Position numbers and translations under genes: made by a program. This document shows positions 20,530-32,573 of a stretch of DNA of 64,000 nucleotides, piece by piece (positions within the stretch are counted from its first letter, which is position 1; each line of letters starts with the position of its first letter). The DNA is from an uncultured Alphaproteobacteria bacterium. Its GTDB lineage: Bacteria > Pseudomonadota > Alphaproteobacteria > Rhizobiales > Xanthobacteraceae. Under the pieces are notes generated by a model that did no database searches, had not been told where the DNA came from, and saw only the letters and a list, made by a program, of their open reading frames with translations. The stretch is from contig CAVTIW010000001.1 of the NCBI GenBank assembly GCA_963734795.1, forward strand, positions 281,863-345,862, written 5' to 3'.

Positions 20530-21597
20530 ATGACCGCATCCGGCATGCCATCCGATCCGGCTCCGGTTTCCCAGCTGGTGGTTCAGAATTTGACCCGCGC
20601 CGCGATCTTTCTGGTCGCCACGATCAACCCTGGCATGACGAGTCGGGCGGCGATCCGGTCGTTTTGCGGCGACCTTCCGGGGCTGGTGCGTGCGGTCGGC
20701 TTCCGCGATATCGAGGGAAACCTGTCCTGCGTGATGGGAGTCGGATCCGACGCCTGGGACAGGCTGTTCGGCCAGCCGCGGCCGGCAGAACTGCACCCTT
20801 TCCGCGAAATCAAATCCGGCCCGCGTCATGCCGTGGCGACGCCGGGCGATTTGCTTTTTCACATTCGCGCCAAGCGCATGGATCTCTGTTTCGAACTGGC
20901 CAGTCAGATCATGGACCGGCTGGGCGACGCCGTTTCACCGGTCGACGAAACGCATGGCTTTCGTTATTTCGACGACCGCGATCTGATCGGCTTTGTCGAC
21001 GGCACCGAAAACCCGACCGGACAGCTCGCGATCGATGCCGCCTATGTCGGAGCCGAAGACGCCGTCTTCGCCGGCGGCACCTACGTGATCATACAAAAGT
21101 ATCTGCACGACCTGGCGGGCTGGAATGCGCTGTCCACTGAAACCCAGGAGCTTATCATCGGCCGCAGCAAGCTTGCGGACATCGAACTCGATGACGCCGT
21201 GAAACCGGCTTACGCCCACAACGCGCTCGCCAAGGTCGTGGTGGACGGCAAGGAAATCAAGATCATCCGCGACAACATGCCGTTCGGCCGCGCGGCTGAG
21301 AAGGAGTTCGGCACTTATTTCATCGGTTACGCGCGTTCGCCGCGAACCATCGAGCAGATGCTCGAAAATATGTTCGTAGGGCAGCCTGCCGGCAATTACG
21401 ATCGTTTGCTCGATTTCAGCGTTGCCAAGACCGGCAACCTGTTCTTCGTGCCGTCAGCGACTTTCCTGGAAAACATTTCGGACGACGATCCGGCTCCGGG
21501 AGCTTCGGACCAGCCGGCCGTTGCAGCGCCGACGCCGGCGCCGAAACGCGAGGGTTCGCTCGATATCGGTTCGCTTAAAGGAGACCCTGCCTCATGA
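20530..21597 (+). CDS. Dye-decolorizing (DyP-type B) peroxidase with C-terminal encapsulin cargo-loading peptide
   Basis: RDLIGFVDGTENP, QKYLH, AYAHNAL (proximal His), IIRDNMPFG; Pro/Ala linker then GSLDIGSLKG. Confidence 0.95.
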   Translation: MTASGMPSDPAPVSQLVVQNLTRAAIFLVATINPGMTSRAAIRSFCGDLPGLVRAVGFRDIEGNLSCVMGVGSDAWDRLFGQPRPAELHPFREIKSGPRHAVATPGDLLFHIRAKRMDLCFELASQIMDRLGDAVSPVDETHGFRYFDDRDLIGFVDGTENPTGQLAIDAAYVGAEDAVFAGGTYVIIQKYLHDLAGWNALSTETQELIIGRSKLADIELDDAVKPAYAHNALAKVVVDGKEIKIIRDNMPFGRAAEKEFGTYFIGYARSPRTIEQMLENMFVGQPAGNYDRLLDFSVAKTGNLFFVPSATFLENISDDDPAPGASDQPAVAAPTPAPKREGSLDIGSLKGDPAS

Positions 21598-22412
21598 ACA
21601 ATCTTCACCGCGGGCTTGCCCCGATATCCGACGCGGCCTGGTCAGAGATCGAGGAGGAAACCTCGCGCACCATCAAGCGCTACCTTGCCGGGCGGCGCGT
21701 CGTCGACGTGCAGGGGCCGGGTGGAATTGCTCTTTCCGCCATCGGCACCGGCCATTTACGCAATGTCGCCGCGCCGGGAGACGGAATCGTCGCGCGACAG
21801 CGTGAGGTCAAGCCGCTGGTCGAACTCCGCGTTCCCTTCGAACTCGATCGCCAGCAGATCGATGACGTGGAGCGTGGCGCCAACGATTCGGATTGGCAGC
21901 CCGCGAAGGATGCCGCACGACTGCTGGCCTTTGCCGAGGACCGGGCGATCTTCGAGGGTTACGCCGCCGCAGGCATCGGTGGCATCCGCGAGGGCACCAG
22001 CAATCCGGTCCTGACCCTTCCGCCCGATGTGCGCGCCTATCCCGACGTCATTGCCCATGCCTTGAGTAAATTGCGACTTGAGGGCGTCAATGGTCCCTAT
22101 TCCGTGGTGCTGGGTGCCGATGCCTATACAGCTCTGAGCGAGACCAGCGATCACGGCTATCCGGTGCTGCGGCACATCAAAAGCCTCGTCGACGGCGAAA
22201 TCATCTGGGCGCCGGCGATCAACGACGCATTCGTGCTGACGACGCGCGGCGGCGATTTCGGTTTGTATCTCGGAGAAGATGTGTCGATCGGCTATTCAAG
22301 CCACGACGATAAAAAGGTCCGCCTCTACCTTCAGGAGACATTTACTTTCCTGCTGCTGACGACAGAGGCCTCCGTTGCGCTGACGGCGAACGACAGCAAG
22401 GCCAAACCCTGA
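21594..22412 (+). CDS. Family 1 encapsulin shell protein (linocin M18 type)
   Basis: MNNLHRGLAPISDAAWSEIEEE, LAGRRVVDV, LVELRVPF.L, AFAEDRAIFEGY, GEDVSIGY, LYLQETFTF; 272 aa; ATGA overlap with dyp. Confidence 0.96.
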   Translation: MNNLHRGLAPISDAAWSEIEEETSRTIKRYLAGRRVVDVQGPGGIALSAIGTGHLRNVAAPGDGIVARQREVKPLVELRVPFELDRQQIDDVERGANDSDWQPAKDAARLLAFAEDRAIFEGYAAAGIGGIREGTSNPVLTLPPDVRAYPDVIAHALSKLRLEGVNGPYSVVLGADAYTALSETSDHGYPVLRHIKSLVDGEIIWAPAINDAFVLTTRGGDFGLYLGEDVSIGYSSHDDKKVRLYLQETFTFLLLTTEASVALTANDSKAKP

Positions 22413-22553
22413 TTCCCGTTTTTGACGCATTTCGGGGACATGGCGGAGATCGCGAGGAAAAAAGCGACGTTGCGCACCGTCATTGCGGCGGCATCGAACC
22501 AATGCTTCAATCCCGTCCATGTGGATCAAACCCTAATCACCGAAAGCACACCG

Positions 22554-23375
22554 ATGCTGAACGTTCTAAAAGCCACCGCAAAATCCTACGCCGACGGCAA
22601 GATGCTGCAGAGCGTCGCCGATGGCGTCGGCGTCGTCACCTTCAACAATCCGGACAAGCGCAATGCCATGTCGCTCGACATGTGGGAGGGGCTCGGCCAC
22701 GCATTGGTCGCATTGCGCGACGATCCCGGGGTGCGCGTCGTGATCCTGGTCGGCGCCGGCGACAAGGCGTTCGTTTCGGGCGCCGATATCAGCCAGTTCG
22801 AGAAATCCCGCCACAACGCCGAAGCCTCGGAAGAATATTCCAAACGCAGCGCCGCGCAGCGGGCTTTGCTGGCGGATTATCCGAAGCCGATCATCGCCTG
22901 CATCAGGGGATTTTGCCTCGGCGGCGGCATGCAGGTGGCGATGGCGGCGGATATCCGCATCGCCTCGGACAACAGCCAGTTCGGCATCCCCGCCGCCAAG
23001 CTCGGCATCGCCTATGGCTATGACGGCCTCAACAATCTGGTCTCGCTGGTCGGACCGTCCTGGGCGCGGCTCCTGATGTACACGGGCATGCGGATCGATT
23101 CCGCCGAGGCGTTGCGGATCGGCCTGGTCGATCGCGTGGTGCCCGACACCGAATTGTGGAACGCGACCCTGGAGATCGCCCGCACCATCTCCGGCAATGC
23201 GCCGCTCGCCATCAAGGCCGCCAAGATCACCATCGCACAGGTGCTGAAAGACCCTGGCGATCGCGACATGGCCGCGATCAAGCAGATCGGCACCGACTGC
23301 ATGGACTCCGAAGATTTCCGCGAGGGGCGGCGTGCGTTCATGGAAAAACGGAAGCCGGAGTTCAGGGGGAGATAA
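22554..23375 (+). CDS. Enoyl-CoA hydratase/isomerase family protein
   Basis: NNPDKRNAM, AFVSGADI, KPIIACIRGFCLGGG, EDFREGRRAFMEKRKPEF. Confidence 0.93.
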   Translation: MLNVLKATAKSYADGKMLQSVADGVGVVTFNNPDKRNAMSLDMWEGLGHALVALRDDPGVRVVILVGAGDKAFVSGADISQFEKSRHNAEASEEYSKRSAAQRALLADYPKPIIACIRGFCLGGGMQVAMAADIRIASDNSQFGIPAAKLGIAYGYDGLNNLVSLVGPSWARLLMYTGMRIDSAEALRIGLVDRVVPDTELWNATLEIARTISGNAPLAIKAAKITIAQVLKDPGDRDMAAIKQIGTDCMDSEDFREGRRAFMEKRKPEFRGR

Positions 23376-23429
23376 TCGCAGGATAGGCAATGGCGCACTC
23401 GCGCCGGGCCCGCCATGTCAGCGGAAAGA

Positions 23430-23550
23430 GGGTGGGCACGCTTCGCTTTGGCCGCCCTACGCATCTGTCATCCAGCATTTCCGAGGTGTACGTGATGGAA
23501 CTGGAAAGCTGCGGCGTACTGGATACTCCGCTTTCGCGGAGTACAACGAT
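23430..23550. repeat. Two REP-like hairpins between convergent genes
   Basis: GGTGGGCACGCTTCGCTTTGGCCGCCCTACG and TACTCCGC-TTTC-GCGGAGTA. Confidence 0.55.
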
Positions 23551-23604
23551 TTCTGTGGAGCGGCGCAGCTATCCACCTAATCCCGTCTCGTTGCGAATCC
23601 GTCA

Positions 23605-24683
23605 CTACAACACCGCCAGCACCGCCTTCGCGATATCGGCGGTGCCGTTGCGGCCGCCGAATTCCATCGGCTTGATTCCTTCCGCATAGACCTTGTCGAC
23701 CGCGCGCTCGATGCGTTCGCCGGCCTCTGCGGCGCCTTCGAGACCGTGCTTGTCGGCCAGCCAGTCCAGCATCATCGCCGCGGACAGGATCATGCCGGTC
23801 GGATTGGCCTTGCCCTGCCCCATGATGTCGGGCGCGGTGCCGTGGCAGGGCTGGAACACCGCGTGGCGGTCGCCGATGTCGGCCGACGGCGCCATGCCCA
23901 TGCCGCCGATCAGGCCGGCGGTCATGTCGGACAGAATGTCGCCGAACATGTTCTCCATCACCATCACGTCGAAATCCCAGGGACGCTTGACCAGCAGCGC
24001 CGAGCAGGCGTCGACATAGAGCCGGTCGGCCTTGACTTCGGGATGGCGCTTGGCTGCCTCGTCGAACATCTCGCGGAAGAACGCAAACGCCTTGAACACA
24101 TTGGCCTTGTCGACGCAGGTCAAACCGCCCGGCTTGCCGCGCGCCTTGCGGCGTTCGGCGAGGCGAAAGGAAAATTCGAACAGCCGCTCCGAGGTTTTTC
24201 GCGTGATCACCAGGGTCTCGCGCGCCTCGGTGTCGGTGACGACGCCCTTGCCCATCGAGGCGAACAGGCCTTCGGTGGATTCCCTGATCACGACGAGGTC
24301 GATGCCGCGCGCATCGGCGCCGACGATCGGGCTCGGCACGCCGGGAATCAGCCGCGCCGGCCGCACGCCGGCATAGAGGTCGAACTGAAAACGCAGCTCC
24401 ACCTGCGGCATGATCTCGGTGTTGTCAGGGTAGCGCACCGACGGCAGGCCGCAGGCGCCGAGCAGGATCGCGTCGGCCTCGTCGCACAGCCGGACCGTGC
24501 TCTCCGGCATCGACTTGCCGGTCGCGAGATACTCGTTGGCGCCGGCCGGCGCTTCGGTGAAGCGAAACTTCAGGCCGAGGTCGCCTCGATCTTGCGCAGC
24601 ACCTCCAGCGCCGGAGCCATCACTTCGGGGCCGATGCCGTCGCCGGCAAGCACGGCGATGTGGAACGCGTCGTTGGCTGACAT
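23605..24683 (-). CDS. Isocitrate/isopropylmalate/tartrate dehydrogenase family protein, frameshifted near 24580
   Basis: MSANDAFHIAVLAGDGIGPEV, IRESTEG, VDKANV, ENMFGDILSD, FQPCHGTAPDI.G.GKANP. Confidence 0.9.
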
Positions 24684-24792
24684 GGAATTTCCTTGGAGCG
24701 AAAGTTAGTCGTCAGGGCCTGAATGCAAAGCATTCGTCATGGCCGAAGGACAGATTGCCCGGCCATGACGACGGAATGACGGTCAAATGAAC

Positions 24793-25862
24793 CTACGGCG
24801 TCAGCACGGCGCGGCCGACCAGCCGGCCCTTCTGCAGATCGATCAGCGCCTCGTTGGCTTTGGCGAGCGGCATCGGCGTCACCGGAATCGATCCGATCTT
24901 CTTGGCGCGGACGAGATCGAGCAGTTCCTGGGTCTCCCGGAGATTGCCGACATAGCTGCCCTGGATGGTGATGGCCTTGATCGGGATCAGCGGCAGCGCC
25001 CAGGCGCGCCGCCGCCGAACAGGCCGACGATGACGAGCTTGCCGCCCTTGGTCAGGCAGTCGAAGCCGAGCTGCGTGGTCGCGGCGTTGCCGACCAGATC
25101 GATCACCGCGCGGATCGGCCCGCCGGCCTTCTGTGGCGAGTTGCTCCAGCGCGTCCGGGCGCCTTGCCGTCGACGGTCGCGAGCGCGCCGGCCTTCTCGG
25201 CGGCTTCACGCTTGCGCGCGTCGATATCGACGACGATGGCGCCCTTGCCGCCCATCGCCTTCAGCAGCGACAGCGCCATCAGGCCGAGGCCGCCGGCGCC
25301 GAAGATCACGATCGGGGTGTTGAAATCGGCCTCGACCTTCTTCAGCGCGCTGTAGGTGGTGACGCCGGAGCAGGCATAGGGCGCCGCGGTCACGGGATCG
25401 AGCCCCTTCAGATTCAGCAGATAGCGCGGATGCGGCACCGTCATGTGGTCGGCATAGCCGCCGTCGCAATAGACGCCGATCGAATTCGGCTTGACGACGC
25501 ACATATTCTCGTCGCCGCCAAGACAGGTTTCGCATTTGCCGCAGCCGAGCCAGGGATAGACCAGCGCGATGTCGCCGACCTTGAGACCACCTGTGGCGGC
25601 CTTGGCATCCGGTCCGAACGCCACGCACTTCGCCGACGGTCTCATGCCCCATGGTTCGCGGCAGCGACACGCCGCGATCCCTGAGCGAGAGCGGCTTGCG
25701 GCCGTGGCCGAGATCGTAGCCGCCTTCCCAGATGTGCAGATCGCTGTGGCAGACCCCGGCCGCCTTCACCTTGATCAGGACCTGCGTGCCCGACGGCTGC
25801 GGCGTCGGCGCATCCACTTCCTGCAAAGGCGCATTGAAATCGGTGACCTTGAAACTCTTCAT
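24793..25862 (-). CDS. Zinc-dependent alcohol dehydrogenase, several frameshifts
   Basis: GVCHSDLH, GHE, GCGKCETC..GDENMC, CSGVTTY, FGAGGLG, GRAVLTP across frames. Confidence 0.88.
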
Positions 25863-25988
25863 CGCTTCTCTCCCGTCGATGGTTGTCGTTTTCAGGACAT
25901 TGCCACGCATTTCGCCGCGGCGTCGAGATCAACACGCCGGCCTGATCCGGAATTCATGATCGGAGATTCCTGCCCGCCGTCAGCGCTA

Positions 25989-26742
25989 TCAGGCGATCGG
26001 CAATTTCCCGGTAAAGGCGGCGATTTCATCTTCCGAGAGTCCGCTCTCCCTGAGAATCGCAACCGTGTGTTCGCCCAGCGTCGCCGCGCGTTTTCCGGCG
26101 CTGACGCTGGCCTCCGACATGCGGAACGGCAAATTCATGACCTTGAAGGTGCCGTCGTCGTCTTCCACCTCGGCCAGCGTCACGATGGCGCCGAACGCAT
26201 AGACGCCGGTGACGACATCGGCATGATAAATTCCGCAGTAGTCCGGACGGGCTCGCCCGGGCTGGTACGACAGATGCGCCATATCGTAACCGGAGGCGGC
26301 ATGGATGACGGGCGCGTAGGCCGGCAAGTTCCGCCGACGGCCCGGTCTGGCCGTATCCGGAGATCGAACAATAGATCAGCCGCGGATTGAGCTCACGCAG
26401 CGAGCCGTAGTCCAGCTTCAGCCTTCGCATCACCCCGGGGCGAAAATTCTCGACCAGGATATCGGCGCTCGCAACCAGCCGGCGGATAATTTCGATCGCC
26501 TGCGGCGATTTCAGATCGAGAACCAGGCTCTTCTTGCCGACATTGAGCTGGCCGAACACGGTGCTGGAGCTGTTGCGGACCGGCGGACGGGTTCGCATCG
26601 TCTCCCCTTCGGCGGGCTCGATCTTGATGACCTCCGCGCCCATGTCGGCCAGCATCCGGGTGCAATGCGGACCGGCAATCGTGGTCGAAAAATCGAGGAC
26701 GCGAAGGCCTTCAAAGCTCCTGGTCTGAATTGTCAGCGGCAT
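25989..26742 (-). pseudogene. CaiB/BaiF family CoA-transferase with large internal deletion and a frameshift
   Basis: GLRVLDFS..IAGP.C, LADMGAEVIKIE, DILVENFRPG, IYCSISGYGQTGP; jumps from AFGAIV straight to the C-terminal segment; about 250 aa versus the usual ~400. Confidence 0.75.
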
Positions 26743-26955
26743 TTCGCCGTTCTGTCATTCCAGGCTCCCTGAACTGCTGTACCCGTTGGCGGCGCGAGGA
26801 CCCTAAGTGCCGCCGCTATTCCTGGGAAGCGATTCCCGGCATGAGAGCCCGAAGCCGTTCGGCGTCCCCTGCCCGATTCGACTTTTTCTTTGCAGCGCAG
26901 CGAAATTGGAACCTTTCTTGCATGGTTTTGATCACGGCCGATACGAGGGCATTTC

Positions 26956-28375
26956 TTGAGGGTTTTGTTCGTTACAACGGAAATGGACGACTTCGTCCGG
27001 GTGGGCGGCCTCGCGGCCGTTTCGGCGGCCCTTCCCCGGGCGCTGCGGCTCCTGGAGCGACGTCAGGATCATCCTCCCCGGCTATCGGGACGTCGTCGAA
27101 CAATTCACCCATATCCAAATCGTCGGCCAATGCGCCGGCATTGGCGGAAATGCCGGCCTGCTCGCTCGGGCTGGCAGTCGACCAAGGATGGCCTGCCGGT
27201 TTACATCCTGCTGTGCCCGCAACTCTACGACCGCCCCGGCAATCCCTATGGCGACACCGCCGGCCGTGACTGGCCGGACAATGACGTCCGCTTCGGGCGA
27301 TTTGCCTCCGCCGCGGCCCAGCTCGCGGCAGGCACTCTGGACAAAAATTGGGCAGCGGATCTGGTTCACGCCAATGACTGGCAGGCTGCGCTGGTGCCGG
27401 CCTACCTCGCCTGGAACGCAGTCAAGATCCCCACCATTCTGACCATCCACAACCTGGCCTATCAGGGCCTGTTCCCGAAGGAGTCGCTGCGCCGGATCGG
27501 TGCGCCGGAGGATTCCTTTCATATCGACGGCCTCGAATTCTACGACAAATTGTCGTTCCTCAAGGGCGGCATCGTCTACGCTTCGCATCTGACCACCGTC
27601 AGCGAGACCTATGCCAGGGAGATCACCACCTCGGAACTCGGCTGCGGACTCGAGGGTCTGCTTCGCCGCCGCTCCGACGCCGCGCAACTGACCGGGATAT
27701 TGAACGGCATCGACGAAAGCTGGGATCCGCGGATCCTGCGCCCAGCTGGCGCAGCCGTTTGGCGCGGGAGACTGGGAAGGCAAGCGCGCGAACACCGATT
27801 ACGTCCGCCAGCAGTTCGGTCTGGCGCTGTCGCGCGGTCCGATTTTCGGCCTCGTTGCCCGGCTCGTCCATCAGAAAGGCGTCGATCTCGTGTTGTCCGC
27901 CGCGGACGAAATCATCGAGGCCGGCGGGCAGATCGTCGTGACCGGCAGCGGCGAGCCCGACATCGAGCAGGCTCTGGTCGATGCGCACCGCCGCCGGCCG
28001 GATGCGATCGGGGTCGCCATCGGTTTCAACGACGGCCAGGCCCGGCGGATTTTTGCCGGCAGCGATTTCACCCTGATGCCGTCGCGCTTCGAGCCGTGCG
28101 GTCTGAGCCAGATGTATGCGCAGAAATTCGGATCGCTGCCGATCGGCCACCAGACCGGCGGGCTCGCGGAAACCATCATGGACGGCGAAACCGGATTCCT
28201 GTTCACGCAGCCGTCGACCGAATCGTTTCTCGGCGGCATCCGGCGCGCGTTCACCACCTTCATGGCGAAGGATCGCCTCAACTCCATGCGCCGCAATGCG
28301 ATGTCGCGATCGTTCAGCTGGGACGTTTCCGCAGCCTGCTACAGCGCGCTTTATCGAAAAGCCGTGTCCCCTTAA
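26956..28375 (+). CDS. glgA: Glycogen synthase (GT5), about three frameshifts
   Basis: RVGGLAAVS (R in place of K of KxGGL), VHANDWQ, LTIHNLAYQG, TTVSETYAREI, GILNGID, MPSRFEPCGLSQMYA, TGGL. Confidence 0.88.
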
Positions 28376-28407
28376 GCGCACGCCTACGCTCGGTCTGTTC
28401 TGGATCG

Positions 28408-29673
28408 TCACCCCACCGCTGCCGGCACGCCCGCACTCCGCCGCGTTTCCGGCATCACAAACCAGATCATGACCAGACCCACCGCCGCAACGGCCGCGAG
28501 CCCGCGTGAAGGCGACGCTGCTTCCGAAGTGATCGGCGACATAGCCGGCCAGCACGGTGCTGAGCGAGGCGCCAATGCCGGTCGCGGTGCCGACGATGCC
28601 CTGCGCGAGATTGAAATGGCCGCTTCCGAACGCGACGTCGGCGACGATCAACGGAACCATCACACTGAATACGGCAGCGGTGACGCCGTCGAACACCTGC
28701 ACCGCGACCAGCAAATACGGATCTCGCACGATGGCGAACAGCACGCCGCGGATCGCCAGCGCGGCAAAGCCCAGCAGCAGCAGCGGCCGGCGTCCCCATT
28801 GCTGCGCCTTGCGACCGACCGACGGAGAGGTCAGCGCGACGATCGCCTGCGGCACGACGATGCATGCGGCGATCAGTACCGGCGCCCACTGGCTCGAGCG
28901 GGTCGTTACGACGCCCGCCATCAACGGAAGCATCGCCGCGTTGGCAAGCTGCAGCAGCAGCACCGCAGCCGGCGAAGATCAGCAGCGGACGGTGGCGCAT
29001 CAGTTTCAGCACGCTGGTTGCGCTGGCATCGGGCACCTCGCGCGTCACCGTGCCGTGGGCCTGGGCCGCATCAATTTCACGCTCGCGGATCCGCGCCAGC
29101 GCCAGCAAGGTCGGAATGGCCAGGACGAAGGTGACCAGGAACACCGAACGGCTCGAGAGCAGATAACCGCAGGTGCCCATGACGGCCGCGGCGACCCCGT
29201 TGCCGAGCGAGGCAAAGCGGGCGTTGCGTCCGAACCGCTCACCGATCGCTAACGGCCCGACCAGACCGAGGCTGATCGCGGCAATCGCCGGGCCGAGCAC
29301 GCAACTCGCAGCGGCGTGCAACGTCGCGGCGGCCACCACCACCGGAAAGATCGGCCATGCCGCATATCCCAGTGCGCTGAAGCCGATCGTCGCCACCGCA
29401 AGCCCGGCAACCAGCCGCTCGGAGCGGGCGGCGTCGACGATGGCTCCGCCGGGCATTTGCCCGATCAGCGCCGACGAGACCGCCGATCGACAGCACAAAG
29501 CCGATCTCGACCTGGGTCCACTTCTGCGTCGTCAGATAGACCGCGACGAACGGACCGAAACCGGTCTGCACGTCCGCGAGAAAAAAGATGAACCAGTCGA
29601 GGCCACGCAGGCTCTGCCGCGACGGCGATGGCGAAGACGACGGCCGGCGCGCCGGCGGTTCCGGCGACCGCAC
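28408..29673 (-). CDS. MFS transporter, several frameshifts (start approximate)
   Basis: GLDWFIFFLADVQTGFGPFVAVYL; QMPGGAIVD; LANAAMLPL; WGRRPLLLLGF; GHFNLAQG. Confidence 0.85.
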
Positions 29674-29762
29674 TGGATCGCCGTCACCGCCGATCGGCCG
29701 TGGGTCAATCCGGTCGATCAGTTTTCTGGGCGAGCGCGCGAACAGGCTGCTTCTCCGAAATG

Positions 29763-30273
29763 TCAGGGATTGAACGGCTGCAGGCTGCCCGATGCACCGA
29801 GCACCACGATCGGCGTATCTTCCTTGTATTCAGGCGCCGCCTTCACCTGATCCTTGGTCAATTCAAGCGTGATGCTGTCGCTCTTGTTGGCAACGCGTCC
29901 GAAATGCAACGCGTTCCAGTCGACGACGATTTTCCGGCTGCCGACGCCGAGAAAGCCGCCGAAGTCGATCACGGCTGCGCGCACCTGCGCCGGCGCGATC
30001 GACGATCACGTCGACGATCCGCCCCATGTCCTCGTCCGTCGGACTGCGGACGTCGCGCCCAAGCACGCCATGTGCGTCCGCCGCCCCGATGATGGTGACC
30101 GAGGGCGGCGGCGCAGGCGGCGTGGCCGGCGGCGCCGTATTTTGCTGTTGCGAGGAGTCCGGCGGGCTGCGGCCGGCTTGCGGCGAATCCGTATTTTCGG
30201 CTGCCCACGCCGGCGCAGCCGCAAGCGCTGCAAAAGCGATTACCGGGAACGCAAACAGGCGTTTCACACGCAT
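29763..30273 (-). CDS. Secreted PRC-barrel domain protein, frameshifted near 29990
   Basis: Signal peptide; VLGRDVRSPTDEDMGRIVDVIVD then RAAVIDFGGFLGVGSRKIVVDW...VKAAPEY. Confidence 0.85.
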
Positions 30274-30305
30274 ATGACCTCCTCTGATCGAGCGTCGTTG
30301 ATCTT

Positions 30306-32508
30306 CTAGTGCGTCAGTACGATCGACACCTGAATCTGGCCGCGGGTACGCAACACCTCCAGCGACACCTCGTCGCCGTGGCGGCGAACCCGGAGATCGA
30401 CGCTGGATGGGCCAAGCCGCAAATCGCGCAGCACCACTTCGTTGAGGAAGGCCGGCAGCCGCGGATTGCGCAGGCGAATTTCACCGCGCTGCGCATCGAA
30501 TTCGAGACCAAGGGCGGCTTCCAGCAGCGTGAACGGCGTCGCGCTCGCCCAGGCCTGCGGCGCACAGGCGACCGGATAGAGCGTCGGGCCGCGCTGCTTC
30601 TCACGCTGAAACCCGCAGAACAATTCCGGGCAGCCGCCGCAAATCCATGTAGGTGGCGGCGTCGAACAGGCCCTTGAACACCTGCTCGACCGACTGCTTG
30701 AGACCATAGCGCGCCAGCCCGAGCGCGATCAGCGCGTTGTCGTGCGGCCAGATCGATCCGTCGTGATAGGACATCGGATTGTAGCGCGCCTCGCCGCGCG
30801 CCACGGTGCGGATGCCCCAGCCCGTGAAAAAATGCGGCCGCATCAGATCGGCGGCGACCATGCGGGCGCGATCTGCGCGCACCATGCCGGTGAACAGCAG
30901 CTGTCCGGCATTCGAGGTGCGCACCTTGCACGGCTGCTTGGCGCCGTCGAGCGCGAGCGCATAGGTGCCGAGTTCGTCGCACCAGAACGCTTCTTCAAAG
31001 CGCTCGGCGAGCAGCTGTGCTTCGGCCTCGAGCTTGTGCGCCGTGTCGGCCTTGCCGAGGCGCGGGCGCAACGTGCCGCCAGTTGCTTGCCGGCAAACAC
31101 ATAGCCCTGCACTTCCGCCAGCGCGATATAGCCCTCGGCGAGCCGGCCGTCGGCATGAAAGATCGCGTCGTAGGAATCCTTCCAGCCCTGATTGGCCAAT
31201 CCCTGTTCCGAGGCACGCTGATATTCGACGAAACCGTCCTGGTCGGGATCGCCGGCGCCGTCGATCCAGCGCAGCGCCGCTTCGATCGCCGGCCACAACT
31301 CGGCCAGCGTTTCGTCATCGCCGGTGCGCTCGACATAAAGACCGGCCAGCAGCACGAACAGCGGCGTCGCATCGACGCTGCCGTAATATTGCGCAAACGG
31401 CACCTCGCGTAGCGCCGCCATTTCGCCGCCGCGCATTTCGTGCAGGATCTTTCCGGGCTCGGCGTCGGCGAGCGGATCGACCGTCTTGGCCTGATAGAAT
31501 GCCAGCCGCTTCAGCACACCGCGCGCGACCCGCGGATCGATCCACAGCATTTGCAGCGCGGTGATAATTCCGTCGCGGCCAAATGTCGTCGAATACCAGG
31601 GAATGCCCGCATAGGGATATCGTCCCTGCGGCGTATCTGTCATCAGCATGTTGAGGTCGGCCATCGATTGGCACAGCACCTCGTTGAAGATATTGTTCGA
31701 CGTTTCGATGCTGGCGGCACCCCTGGTCGACTGGCGCATCTCGCGGCGATGCGCCAGCAACCCGCGAAAGAACGGAATCGGCTTGAACGGGGCCGGCTTG
31801 TTGCAGGACACGGCGACAAACAGCGAGCTGATCTGTTGCGGCCCCAGATCGAAATGATAGGTCGCGGCATTCACCGCAAGGCACGTCGGCCGCGGATCGA
31901 AATGCAGCGCCGTGCTGCGCGATTTGCCGTCGAGCCCTTTATATTCGAGCGCAACATCGGCCGGATCCAAGCAGTTTGCTGGACCCAACGCCCCGGCGCG
32001 GGCGCTTTTCGCCGCGCACTTCGAACAAATCGGCGAAGTCATTGTCGAACAGCAGCGTCAGGTCGAAGCTGGCGGGGCTTTCGCCGTGATTCTGCAAACC
32101 GATCCGCTGATAGGCGGTTCCGCGCCACAGAAAGACCGTGCGCACGATATGCAGCATATCCTTCTGCAGCACGATCCGGCCGTTGCGATAGACATCGGGA
32201 TTGGTGAGATCGACCGTCAATGCGGAATTGTCGTCGCGCAGATTCGAGCCGAGCAGCAGCGGCTGGACATCGTCCAGAACAAGCTCGAGCCGGGCGAGAT
32301 AACGGGTGTCGGCGTTGAACAGGCCGTCGGGTCCGCCGGCGGAAGCGCCGATGTCGCCGTGGCTGTCGAGCACGATGAAAGTGTCGTCATGCTTGAGCGA
32401 GCGCCGCGGCCGCGCCGCGGGACCGGTCATCGGGATGTAGAACGGCGATTCCGCGACCATTTCGACGGTCCGGATCGTCATGATTTGGGTTACGACTTCG
32501 GCTGACAT
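30306..32508 (-). CDS. Amylo-alpha-1,6-glucosidase / glycogen debranching family protein, about three frameshifts
   Basis: GLFNADTRYL, YAGIPWYSTTFGRDGII, EPGKILHEMR, YYGSVDATPLF, NQGWKDS, YNPMSYHDGSIWPHDN, YPVACAPQAW. Confidence 0.9.
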
Positions 32509-32573
32509 TGGACCTCGAGCGGTTCTCTGGCCTTACAGATAAGCGCACTCGGACACAATACCACCGTCGTAGG

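Noticed and set aside
26908-26932. EcfG promoter upstream of glgA
   Set aside because: GGAAC is present but there is no CGTT-like -10 at 16-17 bp spacing.
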